Shown: positions 23,861-32,347 of the stretch, one piece after another
How positions within the stretch are numbered: the stretch's first letter is position 1
Layout of the letters: each line of letters begins with the position of its first letter
Origin: an uncultured Chitinophaga sp.
GTDB taxonomy: Bacteria; Bacteroidota; Bacteroidia; Chitinophagales; CAIOSU01
Direction of reading: 5' to 3'
Assembly (NCBI GenBank): GCA_964476015.1
Contig: CAYYZT010000002.1
Coordinates: forward strand, 1 to 41,924
DNA length: 41,924 nucleotides
Notes under the pieces: generated by a model
Told to the model about the DNA's origin: nothing
What the model saw: the letters and a program-made list of their open reading frames with translations, nothing else
The model's database searches: none
Program-made: the position numbers and the translations under genes

Positions 23861-26623
23861 ATGAACAAGCGCAACCCTTCAGCTTCCACCTCAGTTGCGA
23901 AGCATGTCCACGTCAACCTCAGTTGGAATGAAATAAAGGATAGAGCACTTCGATTTAGCAATGATTGGAAAGGCGAGAAGCGCGAAAGAGCGGAGAAAGA
24001 CACTTTCTGGAACGAGTTTTTTGATGTGTTCGGCATTACCCGCCGCCGGTTGGCCACTTTTGAAGAGCCCGTTAAGAAGCTCAACAACAAACAAGGCTAT
24101 ATCGACCTTTTTTGGAAAGGCAATCTATTAGTAGAGCATAAATCCAAAGGCCGCAGTTTGGATGCTGCCTTTTCACAGGCCACCGATTATTTCCATGGCT
24201 TAAAAGAGCACGAGCTACCCAAGTATGTGCTCGTTTCCGATTTTGAGCAATTCCGGTTATACGACCTTGAAGACAAAGCGCAACATGAATTCCATATAGC
24301 CGACTTCCATAAGCAAGCCAAGCTTTTCGGTTTCATGGCTGGCTATCAAAAACGCAAATTCCAAGAGCAAGACCCCGTTAACATCAAAGCGGCCGAACTT
24401 ATGGGCAAGCTGCATGAGCAGTTGGAGGCAAGCGGCTATACAGGCCACCCCTTGGAAATATACTTGGTGAGGCTGCTATTTTGTTTGTTTGCAGACGATA
24501 CGGGCATTTTTGAGAAGGATACCTTTAAAGAATATATCGAAACCCGTACTGCCGAAGATGGCAGCAACCTTGGCCCTTTGTTGGCAGAACTCTTCCAAGT
24601 GCTCAACACCCCGGAAGAGAAGCGGATGAAAACGCTGGACGAGCAATTGGCATCGTTTAGGTACATCAACGGCAAACTCTTCGAAGAACAGTTACCATTT
24701 GCCGCCTTCAACAGGTTAATGCGCGAAATGTTGCTACAATGCTGTAGCCTCAATTGGGGCCTAATATCGCCCGCTATATTCGGCTCCATGTTTCAAAGCG
24801 TAATGAACGCCGAGGAACGCCGGAATTTAGGTGCCCATTATACGAGCGAAAAGAATATATTGAAACTCATCAAGCCCTTGTTTTTAGACGAACTACGGGC
24901 TGAGTTCGAGAAGAATAAAAAAGACAAAAAGCAGTTAGGAAAATTCCATGACAAGCTGTCAAAGCTAAAGTTTCTGGACCCCGCTTGCGGTTGCGGCAAT
25001 TTTCTAATTATTACTTACCGAGAATTGCGACTACTAGAGCTTGACGTTATGAAAGCCATATATGGCAACCAGATGGCCATGGGCATACAGCTTATTTCCA
25101 AAGTGGATGTAGACCAGTTTTATGGAATCGAAATCGATGAATTTCCCGCCCGTATATCCGAAGTGGCCCTTTGGCTGATGGACCACCAAATGAACTTGCT
25201 TTTGAGCGAAGCATTTGGCGAGTATTTTGTTCGCCTGCCTCTGCGCAAAAGCGCTACCATAGTACATGGCAATGCATTAAGGATGGATTGGGAAACCGTG
25301 GTGCCTAAAGAGGAACTGAGTTATATCTTGGGCAATCCGCCATTTGTAGGTAAGCACCTGCAAACAAAAATTCAAAAGCTTGACATTGTAGAATCAATGA
25401 AAAATGTCAAAAATGCTTCTGACTTGGATTATGTGGCAGGATGGTATTACAACGCTGCAAAATACATTGTTGGTTCAAAGATTGAAGTAGCTTTCGTTTC
25501 AACCAATTCCATCATACAAGGAGAGCAAGTGCCTATTTTGTGGCAAAGCTTATTTGATTTATTCGACATCAAGATCAACTTCGCTCACAGAACCTTTCGA
25601 TGGAATAATGAAGCCAAAGGAATAGCAGCCGTACACTGCATTATTATTGGTTTTGCTTCTTTTGATAGGAAAAGAAAAATGCTATATGATTACGAACTGC
25701 TAAATAGCGAGCCTCACGGAGTTTTTACCCATAGAATTAACTGTTATTTGAGCAGCGGCCCTATGGTTATTATTTCAAAAACGAATGTTCCTATACATTC
25801 TGGCCCAGCCATGAAATATGGGAATAAGCCTTCGGACAACGGAAATTATATTTTCTCCCCCCAAGAGAAAGAAATGTTTTTACAAATGGAGCCGGGAGCC
25901 AAAAAGTTTTTTAGGCGTTATATCGGTTCTTATGAGTTTATAAACAATATAGAAAGATGGTGCCTTTGGTTAAAAGATATTGAACCCAGTGATTTGAAAT
26001 TGATGCCAAAAGTATTAAAAAGGGTGGAATTGGTAAGAGATTTCCGCTTAGCAAGCACCGCCGCACCTACCCGTAAGTCCGCAAACTATGCAACATCCTT
26101 TTTTTATACTTCCCATCCCAACACCCCTTATCTAGTAATACCTGAAACATCGTCTGAGAAAAGAAAATACATCCCTATTGGGTATATGGATAAAGATGTT
26201 ATAGCTAGCAACGCTGTATATCTTATACCATTTGCGACCCTCTACACATTTGGAATCCTATGCTCAATTGCACATATGAATTGGACTAAATACACCTGTG
26301 GCAGACTAAAAAGTGATTATAGATATTCCGCATCCATTGTCTACAACAACTTTCCCTGGCCCAAAAACCCTACGGAAAAGCAAAAACAAATGGTGGAAAC
26401 TAAAGCACAACAAGTATTGGATGCAAGGGCATTGTTTCCGAACAGTAGCCTAGCCGATTTGTACGACCCCATTGCCATGCCGCCAGCACTGATGAAAGCC
26501 CACCAAGAACTTGACAAGGCCGTAGACCAATGCTATCGCTCCCAGCCTTTCCCTACCGAATCTGCCAGAATGGAGTATCTTTTCGAACTTTATAATGAGT
26601 ACACCAACTCACCAAAGCAGTAA
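23861..26623 (+). CDS. MmeI-family type IIG restriction endonuclease / N6-adenine DNA methyltransferase (single polypeptide)
   Basis: The 920-aa protein appears colinear with my recollection of MmeI (919 aa). It has an N-terminal D-X9-E-X-K nuclease motif (IDLFWKGNLLVEHK; D 24104, E 24134, K 24140). Other matches are the helical spacer GKLHEQLEASGYTGHPLEIYLVRLLFCLFADDTGIF, SAM motif I DPACGCGNFL, catalytic motif IV NPPF (25334-25345), and a C-terminal TRD with YRYSASIVYNNFPWP. Confidence 0.88.
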   Translation: MNKRNPSASTSVAKHVHVNLSWNEIKDRALRFSNDWKGEKRERAEKDTFWNEFFDVFGITRRRLATFEEPVKKLNNKQGYIDLFWKGNLLVEHKSKGRSLDAAFSQATDYFHGLKEHELPKYVLVSDFEQFRLYDLEDKAQHEFHIADFHKQAKLFGFMAGYQKRKFQEQDPVNIKAAELMGKLHEQLEASGYTGHPLEIYLVRLLFCLFADDTGIFEKDTFKEYIETRTAEDGSNLGPLLAELFQVLNTPEEKRMKTLDEQLASFRYINGKLFEEQLPFAAFNRLMREMLLQCCSLNWGLISPAIFGSMFQSVMNAEERRNLGAHYTSEKNILKLIKPLFLDELRAEFEKNKKDKKQLGKFHDKLSKLKFLDPACGCGNFLIITYRELRLLELDVMKAIYGNQMAMGIQLISKVDVDQFYGIEIDEFPARISEVALWLMDHQMNLLLSEAFGEYFVRLPLRKSATIVHGNALRMDWETVVPKEELSYILGNPPFVGKHLQTKIQKLDIVESMKNVKNASDLDYVAGWYYNAAKYIVGSKIEVAFVSTNSIIQGEQVPILWQSLFDLFDIKINFAHRTFRWNNEAKGIAAVHCIIIGFASFDRKRKMLYDYELLNSEPHGVFTHRINCYLSSGPMVIISKTNVPIHSGPAMKYGNKPSDNGNYIFSPQEKEMFLQMEPGAKKFFRRYIGSYEFINNIERWCLWLKDIEPSDLKLMPKVLKRVELVRDFRLASTAAPTRKSANYATSFFYTSHPNTPYLVIPETSSEKRKYIPIGYMDKDVIASNAVYLIPFATLYTFGILCSIAHMNWTKYTCGRLKSDYRYSASIVYNNFPWPKNPTEKQKQMVETKAQQVLDARALFPNSSLADLYDPIAMPPALMKAHQELDKAVDQCYRSQPFPTESARMEYLFELYNEYTNSPKQ

Positions 26624-26665
26624 GAAATAAAATTCTTGGTGAGCCATTGTAAACCATCTCCCCCC

Positions 26666-27022
26666 TCACTTCCCCAAATTCTCCGCTACCCTAAACTTTA
26701 CGATACGCTCAATCAATTCCAGCGGCATGGGCTGGGAGAGGGGGAACTGTACGGAGCCGCGGCCCTGCTTGTAGGGCGATAGCTCTTCGGCGAAGGCGGC
26801 GTGGCCGGTGGGGGCGGCGTAGAAGCCGATGTGGTGCTTGTAGGCGGCAAAAAACACGAGCTGCCCATTAAGATAGTAACCGGGTATGGCGTAGCTGATG
26901 CGTTCTTCGGCACTGGGGGCGGCGGCGCGTATGGTGGCGCGCACCTGTTGCAGCACCTGTTGCACCTCGGCGGGGAAGGCGGCTATGTATTCGTCTACCG
27001 TGGCGGGCTTGGGGGCTGGCAT
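26666..27022 (-). CDS. DUF1801 (YdhG-like) domain protein
   Basis: A 118-aa ORF with VDEYIAAFPAEVQQVLQQVRATIRAAAP...ISYAIPGY...HIGFY...GRGSVQFPL, the pattern typical of DUF1801. Confidence 0.65.
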   Translation of the reverse strand: MPAPKPATVDEYIAAFPAEVQQVLQQVRATIRAAAPSAEERISYAIPGYYLNGQLVFFAAYKHHIGFYAAPTGHAAFAEELSPYKQGRGSVQFPLSQPMPLELIERIVKFRVAENLGK

Positions 27023-27034
27023 GGGCGGCGGGGT

Positions 27035-27652
27035 TTACTTTACAAGGTAGTTTTCGTAGGGCAGGCGGTTGGCAATGGAGCGGGCGAGGGTAAGCTCGTC
27101 GGCATACTCCAGTTCCCCGCCGAAGGCGATGCCGCGGGCGATGGTGGTTACGCGCACGCCGTGGGGCTGTAGCTGGCGGGTGATGTAGAAGATGGTGGTG
27201 TCGCCCTCTATGGTGGGGCTGAGGGCCATGATGATTTCGCGCACATGGTCGGCCTTTACGCGCTCCACGAGGGTATCCACGCGGATGTCTTCGGGGCCGA
27301 TGCCGTCCACCGGCGAGATAACGTTGCCGAGCACGTGGTACATGCCGTTGAACTGGTTGGTGTTTTCCACGGCAATCACGTCTCGCAGGTTTTCCACCAC
27401 GCAAAGCAGGGTCTCGTCGCGGCGGGGGTTGGCGCAGATGGTGCAAAGCTCGGCATCGCTCACGTTGTGGCACTTGCGGCAGTAGCGTATCTGCTGACGC
27501 ATGCGCATCACGGCCTCGCCGAGGCGGTCGGCCTTGTCGGGCGATTGGTTGAGGAGGTGCAGCACGAGGCGGAGGGCGGTTTTTTGCCCGATGCCCGGCA
27601 GTTTGGCGAACTCGCCCACGGCGTCTTCTATCAGTTTACTGGGGAATTTCAT
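27035..27652 (-). CDS. recR: recombination mediator RecR
   Basis: The gene starts at MKFPSKLIEDAVGEFAKLPGIGQKTALRL (HhH; CAT at 27650-27652). It has a C4 zinc finger (CRKCHNVSDAELCTIC) and a Toprim segment (LLCVVENLRDVIAVE). Confidence 0.9.
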   Translation of the reverse strand: MKFPSKLIEDAVGEFAKLPGIGQKTALRLVLHLLNQSPDKADRLGEAVMRMRQQIRYCRKCHNVSDAELCTICANPRRDETLLCVVENLRDVIAVENTNQFNGMYHVLGNVISPVDGIGPEDIRVDTLVERVKADHVREIIMALSPTIEGDTTIFYITRQLQPHGVRVTTIARGIAFGGELEYADELTLARSIANRLPYENYLVK

Positions 27653-27660
27653 GCTTTCGG

Positions 27661-27688
27661 TCGATGGTCCATGGTCGATAGTCCATGG
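27661..27688 (+). repeat. tandem 14-bp repeat TCGAT(G/A)GTCCATGG x2, a member of a dispersed GGTCCAYGG motif family
   Basis: The two copies lie at 27661-27674 and 27675-27688. Related copies are GGTCCACGG at 2222-2230, GGTCCACAG at 2243-2251, and CCGTGGACC (reverse complement) at 27765-27773. All are intergenic. Confidence 0.55.
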
Positions 27689-27834
27689 AAAACACATAGT
27701 GGATATGACTGGGTTTCAGTAAGTAAAGATACTAAATTTTGGGACCACGGACGACAGGCAACGGACCGTGGACCAAACAGATTTGGCATTGTAATTGCAA
27801 AGTATCGCTTGTTTTTTACCAAATGTGTGGAACG

Positions 27835-28011
27835 ATGGCTGACAACAAAAACCTTCGCGGGCCCAAGGACGGGCAAAGGATAAACATCAACGAAGATTAC
27901 GAACTGGATTACTGGACGAACGCACTGGGCGTGTCGCGAGACAGGCTTCGGCAGGCGGTAAGGGCAGTGGGCCCGGTGGCCAAAGACGTGAGGCGGCATC
28001 TAGAAAAATAG
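27835..28011 (+). CDS. DUF3606 domain protein (58 aa)
   Basis: An ATG at 27835 gives MADNKNLRGPKDGQRININEDYELDYWTNALGVSRDRLRQAVRAVG, the conserved DUF3606 pattern (inline ..YEv.YW...lGvs...L..Av). Confidence 0.65.
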   Translation: MADNKNLRGPKDGQRININEDYELDYWTNALGVSRDRLRQAVRAVGPVAKDVRRHLEK

Positions 28012-28045
28012 CAGTGTGGTGCCGAAACGCCCTATATTTGCACCC

Positions 28046-28468
28046 ATGCAACAACAACATTTCTCGGCACCGGTAATGTGGGCACAGATTGACGGCAACA
28101 TGCACATGCGCCACTCCGCCTATGCCGATTTTGCCACACAGGCCCGCATATTTGAACTGGAGCAACTGGGCATTACCTCCGATACTTTTGTGAAAGAGAA
28201 ACTAGGGCCCATCTTGTTCAGGGAGGAAACCGTTTACCTAAAAGAGGTGAAGCTGAACGACACCGTTACCGTAAAAATAACGCTGTTGGCCTGCCGCCCC
28301 GATGCCAGCAGGTGGACGATAAAGCACGAGCTGTTTCGCGGTGACGGCGTAAAGTGTGCCGAAGTGACCATAGATGGTGCATGGATGGGCTTGGAAACCC
28401 GCAAGCTAATGGTACCCCCTAGCCAATTTGCGGAGCGATTTTTGGCACTGCCGAGGTTGGATGGGTAG
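28046..28468 (+). CDS. acyl-CoA thioesterase (4HBT / hotdog fold)
   Basis: The N-terminus APVMWAQIDGNMHMRHSAYADFATQAR resembles the 4HBT active-site region. The length and beta-rich C-terminus fit a hotdog fold. Confidence 0.6.
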   Translation: MQQQHFSAPVMWAQIDGNMHMRHSAYADFATQARIFELEQLGITSDTFVKEKLGPILFREETVYLKEVKLNDTVTVKITLLACRPDASRWTIKHELFRGDGVKCAEVTIDGAWMGLETRKLMVPPSQFAERFLALPRLDG

Positions 28469-28500
28469 ATTTTAGTACTTTCGAATCCAAAAGGAACCAG

Positions 28501-29697
28501 ATGCATTTGGGTGAGAAAGAGAAAAAGATGTGGCATGTATTGCTTGCAGTGTCCATATTGTCGTTCCCGCTGTTCTATTGGCTTTTTTATCAGCTTGTCA
28601 TCGTAAAGGGCTGCGACTCCGACATTTCGCTCCATGCCCAAGCCGTGGCCGATATGGTAAGCGGCAAGATTGGCTTCCAACCCAACTTCCTTTATTACGA
28701 GGCGGTATATTGGCTATCAGGCTTTTCTGGCGAAGTGGGCCAACTTACCCTCGCCTCCATCCTATTGGTTTCTTTAGCGAAGGCCGCCACCATATATACC
28801 AGCGGCTCACTTTTTTTAACCTTGGCACCAAACTGGCCCGGCACTTCGTTGCGGCCAAAGCACTTGGCCGCGTTTATACTGTTGGTGCTTTCTTTCCAGC
28901 TACTGCACAGCATATCGTATAAGTTATGGATACCGCGCTACATCGGGCAGTTTACCCCTACGCTTTGGCACAACTCCACCACCATTGTGCTTATTCCTAT
29001 TGCCACGTTGCTGTTTCAATACACGTATTTGCAGTTGCAGCAGCACGCTGCCCGCCGCCTTTGGGCCATTGGCACCCTGGCATTGGTTAGTTGTTTTATA
29101 AAGCCTACTTTTTTTATCGTGTTGGCCCCTGCCTATGGGCTGTTGGTATTGTTCGGCACTATGCCCATGCGCGCCAAAATAGCATCGCTGGCACCGTTGG
29201 TAGCCGCCGTGGCGGTAGTGGGAGCGATGACGGTGGCCATTTATGTGTTCAACCTCGGCTCCCAATACAAAGGCGAATCAAGCGTAACTATCAAGCCGTT
29301 CTTTACTTGGCTATACGTGCTCAACCACCGGTGGCTGTTGCTGCCCATCAGCTTGGTACTTTCCATATTGTTTCCCGTGGCCATCAGCGGCTATTTCTAT
29401 TTCGTTAAGAAGGAATACACCAAGCTCATCCATTACATAACGCTCGTTTTCACCTTCGCACTGCTCATTTTCATCCTGTTTTTGGAGCAGGGGCCACGCA
29501 TGTTGCACGGCAACTTTGGCTGGCAGTTGCACGTGGCCTCGCACATTTGGTTTGTGGTGGGCGCCGCATTGCTGTACCGTGTTTGGCTGGAAAAAAAGCC
29601 GTTGGTTTTTTGGGCATTGAGCAGCCTTTACCTGTTGCATTTGGCAAGTGGCATATTGTACCTGCGGTTCTATTTTACGGGCTGTAGCTACATTTAA
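28501..29697 (+). CDS. polytopic integral membrane protein, function unknown
   Basis: The 398-aa ORF has at least 9 hydrophobic helices. I recognised no catalytic motif. The start could be 28501 or the Met 9 codons downstream. Confidence 0.55.
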   Translation: MHLGEKEKKMWHVLLAVSILSFPLFYWLFYQLVIVKGCDSDISLHAQAVADMVSGKIGFQPNFLYYEAVYWLSGFSGEVGQLTLASILLVSLAKAATIYTSGSLFLTLAPNWPGTSLRPKHLAAFILLVLSFQLLHSISYKLWIPRYIGQFTPTLWHNSTTIVLIPIATLLFQYTYLQLQQHAARRLWAIGTLALVSCFIKPTFFIVLAPAYGLLVLFGTMPMRAKIASLAPLVAAVAVVGAMTVAIYVFNLGSQYKGESSVTIKPFFTWLYVLNHRWLLLPISLVLSILFPVAISGYFYFVKKEYTKLIHYITLVFTFALLIFILFLEQGPRMLHGNFGWQLHVASHIWFVVGAALLYRVWLEKKPLVFWALSSLYLLHLASGILYLRFYFTGCSYI

Positions 29698-29840
29698 GCA
29701 ACATACAGCCCCGTTGCATATAGATTTGTGCCAAACCATTGCAGGCAGATGGACAGCAGTATCGGCACAGCCAGTAGAAGCAGGCACGTTGAATCTTTTT
29801 CGCCATCGCCATGTTATCACACTGTTTCTCGCAGGTTGCC

Positions 29841-29872
29841 TTTGGATGGCCTAAAGGGAAACCCTATCTTTG
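29841..29872 (+). promoter_or_regulatory. probable Bacteroidota sigma-A promoter of purF
   Basis: TTTG lies at 29841-29844 and TATCTTTG (TAnnTTTG) at 29865-29872, separated by 20 nt. The -7 box ends 22 nt before the ATG at 29895. Confidence 0.35.
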
Positions 29873-29894
29873 TCCCTTAATCCGCGCCCCGTAC

Positions 29895-31796
29895 ATGAGC
29901 GAGAGCATTAAGCACGAATGCGGCATTGCCGTTATTCGGTTACTAAAGCCCCTGGAATATTACCAAGAAAAGTATGGTACGGCCCTCTACGGCCTAAACA
30001 AGCTGTACCTGTTGATGGAAAAACAGCACAACCGCGGCCAAGACGGCGTGGGCGTGGCTACCATCAAGCTCGACCCGGTGCCGGGCAACCGCTACATTAG
30101 CCGCAAACGCAGCAACAGCCCCCAGCCCATCAAAGACGTGTTCAGGGAAATCTTCGAGCCGTTTGGCGAACTGGAGAAAACCGACCCCGCCAAGCTTCGC
30201 GATGCCAATTGGCTAAAGCATAACATGAAATACATAGGCGAGGTAATGATGGGCCACCTGCGCTACGGCACCCATGGCAGCAACAGCATAGAGGCTTGCC
30301 ACCCCTTCCTGCGCCAAAACAACTGGATGACCCGTAACCTGGTACTGGCCGGAAACTTTAACATGACGAACGTGGATGAGCTGTTCGACCAGTTGATGGA
30401 GCTTGGGCAGCACCCCAAAGAGATGACCGATACGGTAATCGTTTTGGAAAAAATCGGCCATTTCCTTGATGACGAAATACAAAAGCTCTTTGCCCAGTTT
30501 AAAGGCCAACGATATAGCAACGTGGACATTACCCACATGATTGCCGACGAGCTAAACGTACAAAAGGTATTGGCCCGCAGCATGAAAGACCTTGACGGGG
30601 GCTATGTAATGACGGGTATGATAGGCCATGGCGATGCATTTGTTATCCGCGACCCGAACGGCATTCGCCCGGCATTTTGGTATCAGGACGAAGAAGTGGT
30701 AGTGGTGGCCAGCGAACGCCCGGCCATACAAACCACTTTTAACATACCGGTGGAGAAAGTGCGCGAGATTACGCCCGGCCACGCCGTTATCATCAAAAAG
30801 AACGGCCAGGTGAGCCATGTGGAGTGCGCCCCGCAAAAGCCGAAAAAGTCTTGCAGCTTCGAGCGTATCTATTTTTCGCGCGGCAACGACAAGGATATTT
30901 ACCAAGAGCGCAAAAAGCTGGGCCACCTGCTTACCCCTACGGTGCTGAAAGCGGTGGACCACGATTTGGAGAACACCATTTTCTCCTTTATACCCAACAC
31001 TGCCGAAACGGCTTATTATGGCTTGGTTGATGGCATTTTGGACTACCTGAAGAAATACCGCAAGGATGAAATAAAACGCCTCGGCTCCAATATTACCGAT
31101 GCCGAACTGGAGCGCATTTTCAACCTTTCGCCCAGGCTGGAAAAACTGGCGTTGAAAGACATAAAACTGCGCACGTTTATTACCGCCGATGCCTCGCGCA
31201 ACGAGCTGGTATCGCACGTGTACGACGTTACCTACGGCCTTATCCGCAACGGGGTGGATACCATTGTGGCGCTGGATGACTCCATTGTGCGCGGCACCAC
31301 GCTGGAGCAGAGCATATTGAACATTTTTGACCGTTTGGGGCCAAAGAAAATCATCATTGTAAGCAGCGCGCCTCAAATCCGCTATCCAGATTGTTACGGC
31401 ATCGATATGTCGCGCATGAAGGAATTTGTGGCCTGCCGTGCGGCCATCGAGTTGTTGAAAGAGAGTGGCCGCGAAAACATCATCAAGGAAACGTACGAAA
31501 AATGCAAGGCTGCCAACTTGAAATCGCTGCACGAGGTAACTAACGAGGTAAAAGCCATTTATGCGCCGTTTACCGACGAGGAGATAAGTGCCAAAGCCGC
31601 CGACCTGTTGAAGCCGAAACACATTTTCAGCGATGTGCAGATTATTTTCCAAAGTATTGAGAACCTGCACGTAGCCGCGCCCAACCACACGGGCGACTGG
31701 TACTTTAGCGGCGACTACCCCACCCCGGGCGGCAACCGCGTAGTGAACCAAGCGTTTATAAACTACTACGAGGGTAAGGACAAGCGGGCGTATTAA
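29895..31796 (+). CDS. purF: amidophosphoribosyltransferase (long Bacteroidota form)
   Basis: MSESIKHECGIAV places the catalytic Cys of the Ntn glutamine amidotransferase domain near the N-terminus. The PRTase motif is VALDDSIVRGTT. The ATG at 29895 is an internal Met of the listed ORF. Confidence 0.85.
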   Translation: MSESIKHECGIAVIRLLKPLEYYQEKYGTALYGLNKLYLLMEKQHNRGQDGVGVATIKLDPVPGNRYISRKRSNSPQPIKDVFREIFEPFGELEKTDPAKLRDANWLKHNMKYIGEVMMGHLRYGTHGSNSIEACHPFLRQNNWMTRNLVLAGNFNMTNVDELFDQLMELGQHPKEMTDTVIVLEKIGHFLDDEIQKLFAQFKGQRYSNVDITHMIADELNVQKVLARSMKDLDGGYVMTGMIGHGDAFVIRDPNGIRPAFWYQDEEVVVVASERPAIQTTFNIPVEKVREITPGHAVIIKKNGQVSHVECAPQKPKKSCSFERIYFSRGNDKDIYQERKKLGHLLTPTVLKAVDHDLENTIFSFIPNTAETAYYGLVDGILDYLKKYRKDEIKRLGSNITDAELERIFNLSPRLEKLALKDIKLRTFITADASRNELVSHVYDVTYGLIRNGVDTIVALDDSIVRGTTLEQSILNIFDRLGPKKIIIVSSAPQIRYPDCYGIDMSRMKEFVACRAAIELLKESGRENIIKETYEKCKAANLKSLHEVTNEVKAIYAPFTDEEISAKAADLLKPKHIFSDVQIIFQSIENLHVAAPNHTGDWYFSGDYPTPGGNRVVNQAFINYYEGKDKRAY

Positions 31797-31851
31797 AACT
31801 TTCCTAGCCTAGAAATCGTTATCATTGTAGCTTTAACGTAACTGATGTGCC

Positions 31852-32055
31852 ATGAAAGAAGTGACTTTAAAAATACAAGAAGACAAATACCAATTCTTTT
31901 TGGAATTGATGGCTCAGTTGGATTTTGTGGAGATGGAAGAAACCTTTGAAGTACCTGAGTTTCATAAATCGATTGTCAGAGAAAGGCTGGCGACCTACAA
32001 AACAGAAAAACAGTATAATTGGGATGATGTGAAGGATAAATTCGACTTGGAGTGA
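31852..32055 (+). CDS. putative addiction-module antitoxin component (Unstab_antitox-like)
   Basis: The 67-aa protein has a C-terminal half, VPEFHKSIVRERLATYKTEKQYNWDDVKDKF, that matches the pattern of this antitoxin family. Its stop overlaps the GTG of a RelE/ParE-like reading frame (GTGA). Confidence 0.55.
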   Translation: MKEVTLKIQEDKYQFFLELMAQLDFVEMEETFEVPEFHKSIVRERLATYKTEKQYNWDDVKDKFDLE

Positions 32056-32347
32056 AAGCCAGGGAAGCTATTCTTACGGATAGAGCCAAGGAAGACATTC
32101 AAAAGGCGTACATTGGTAAAATTCTAAGCAAAAGGGCTTGGGGAAAAGATTTAATTCGTTCTTGAAATTAGCTATTGTTAACATCATAGTCACGCCAAGC
32201 TTCCAAATCCGCTACAATGAAGTAAGATGCTTTAAGGTGAAGCGGTTTCCCTATTTAATCCATTATGTTTTTGAAAATGACACGGTATACATATTAGCTG
32301 TTATCTGCACCCGTCAAAATCCTGAAGAACAATGGCTCTTTGATTAA
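32052..32347 (+). pseudogene. frameshifted RelE/ParE-family toxin gene
   Basis: Frame 1 (32052-32165) reads VKAREAILTDRAKEDIQKAYIGKIL... then stops. A second frame, open from 32120, reads NSKQKGLGKRFNSFLKLAI...FPYLIHYVFENDTVYILAVICTRQNP. The two halves together make one typical toxin, with the frame break near 32113-32120. Confidence 0.6.

Noticed and set aside
23861-26623. Possibility that the large methyltransferase is a BREX PglX
   Set aside because: It retains the N-terminal D-X9-E-X-K nuclease motif of MmeI-type restriction enzymes. No pglZ, brxC, brxL or other BREX genes are nearby.
26608-26643. Hairpin CTCACCAA / TTGGTGAG spanning the MmeI-like stop codon as a terminator
   Set aside because: The stem is only 8 bp, the loop is 20 nt, and no T-tract follows. 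This is too weak to call.
30552-31751. 399-aa ORF antisense to purF
   Set aside because: purF is unambiguous on the + strand. The antisense product is V/A/R/G-rich with no recognisable domain. The same reasoning applies to the other long antisense or alternate-frame ORFs: 35512-36360, 33639-34202, 41039-41719, 37311-37883, 3766-4392, 26868-27473 and 27245-27883.
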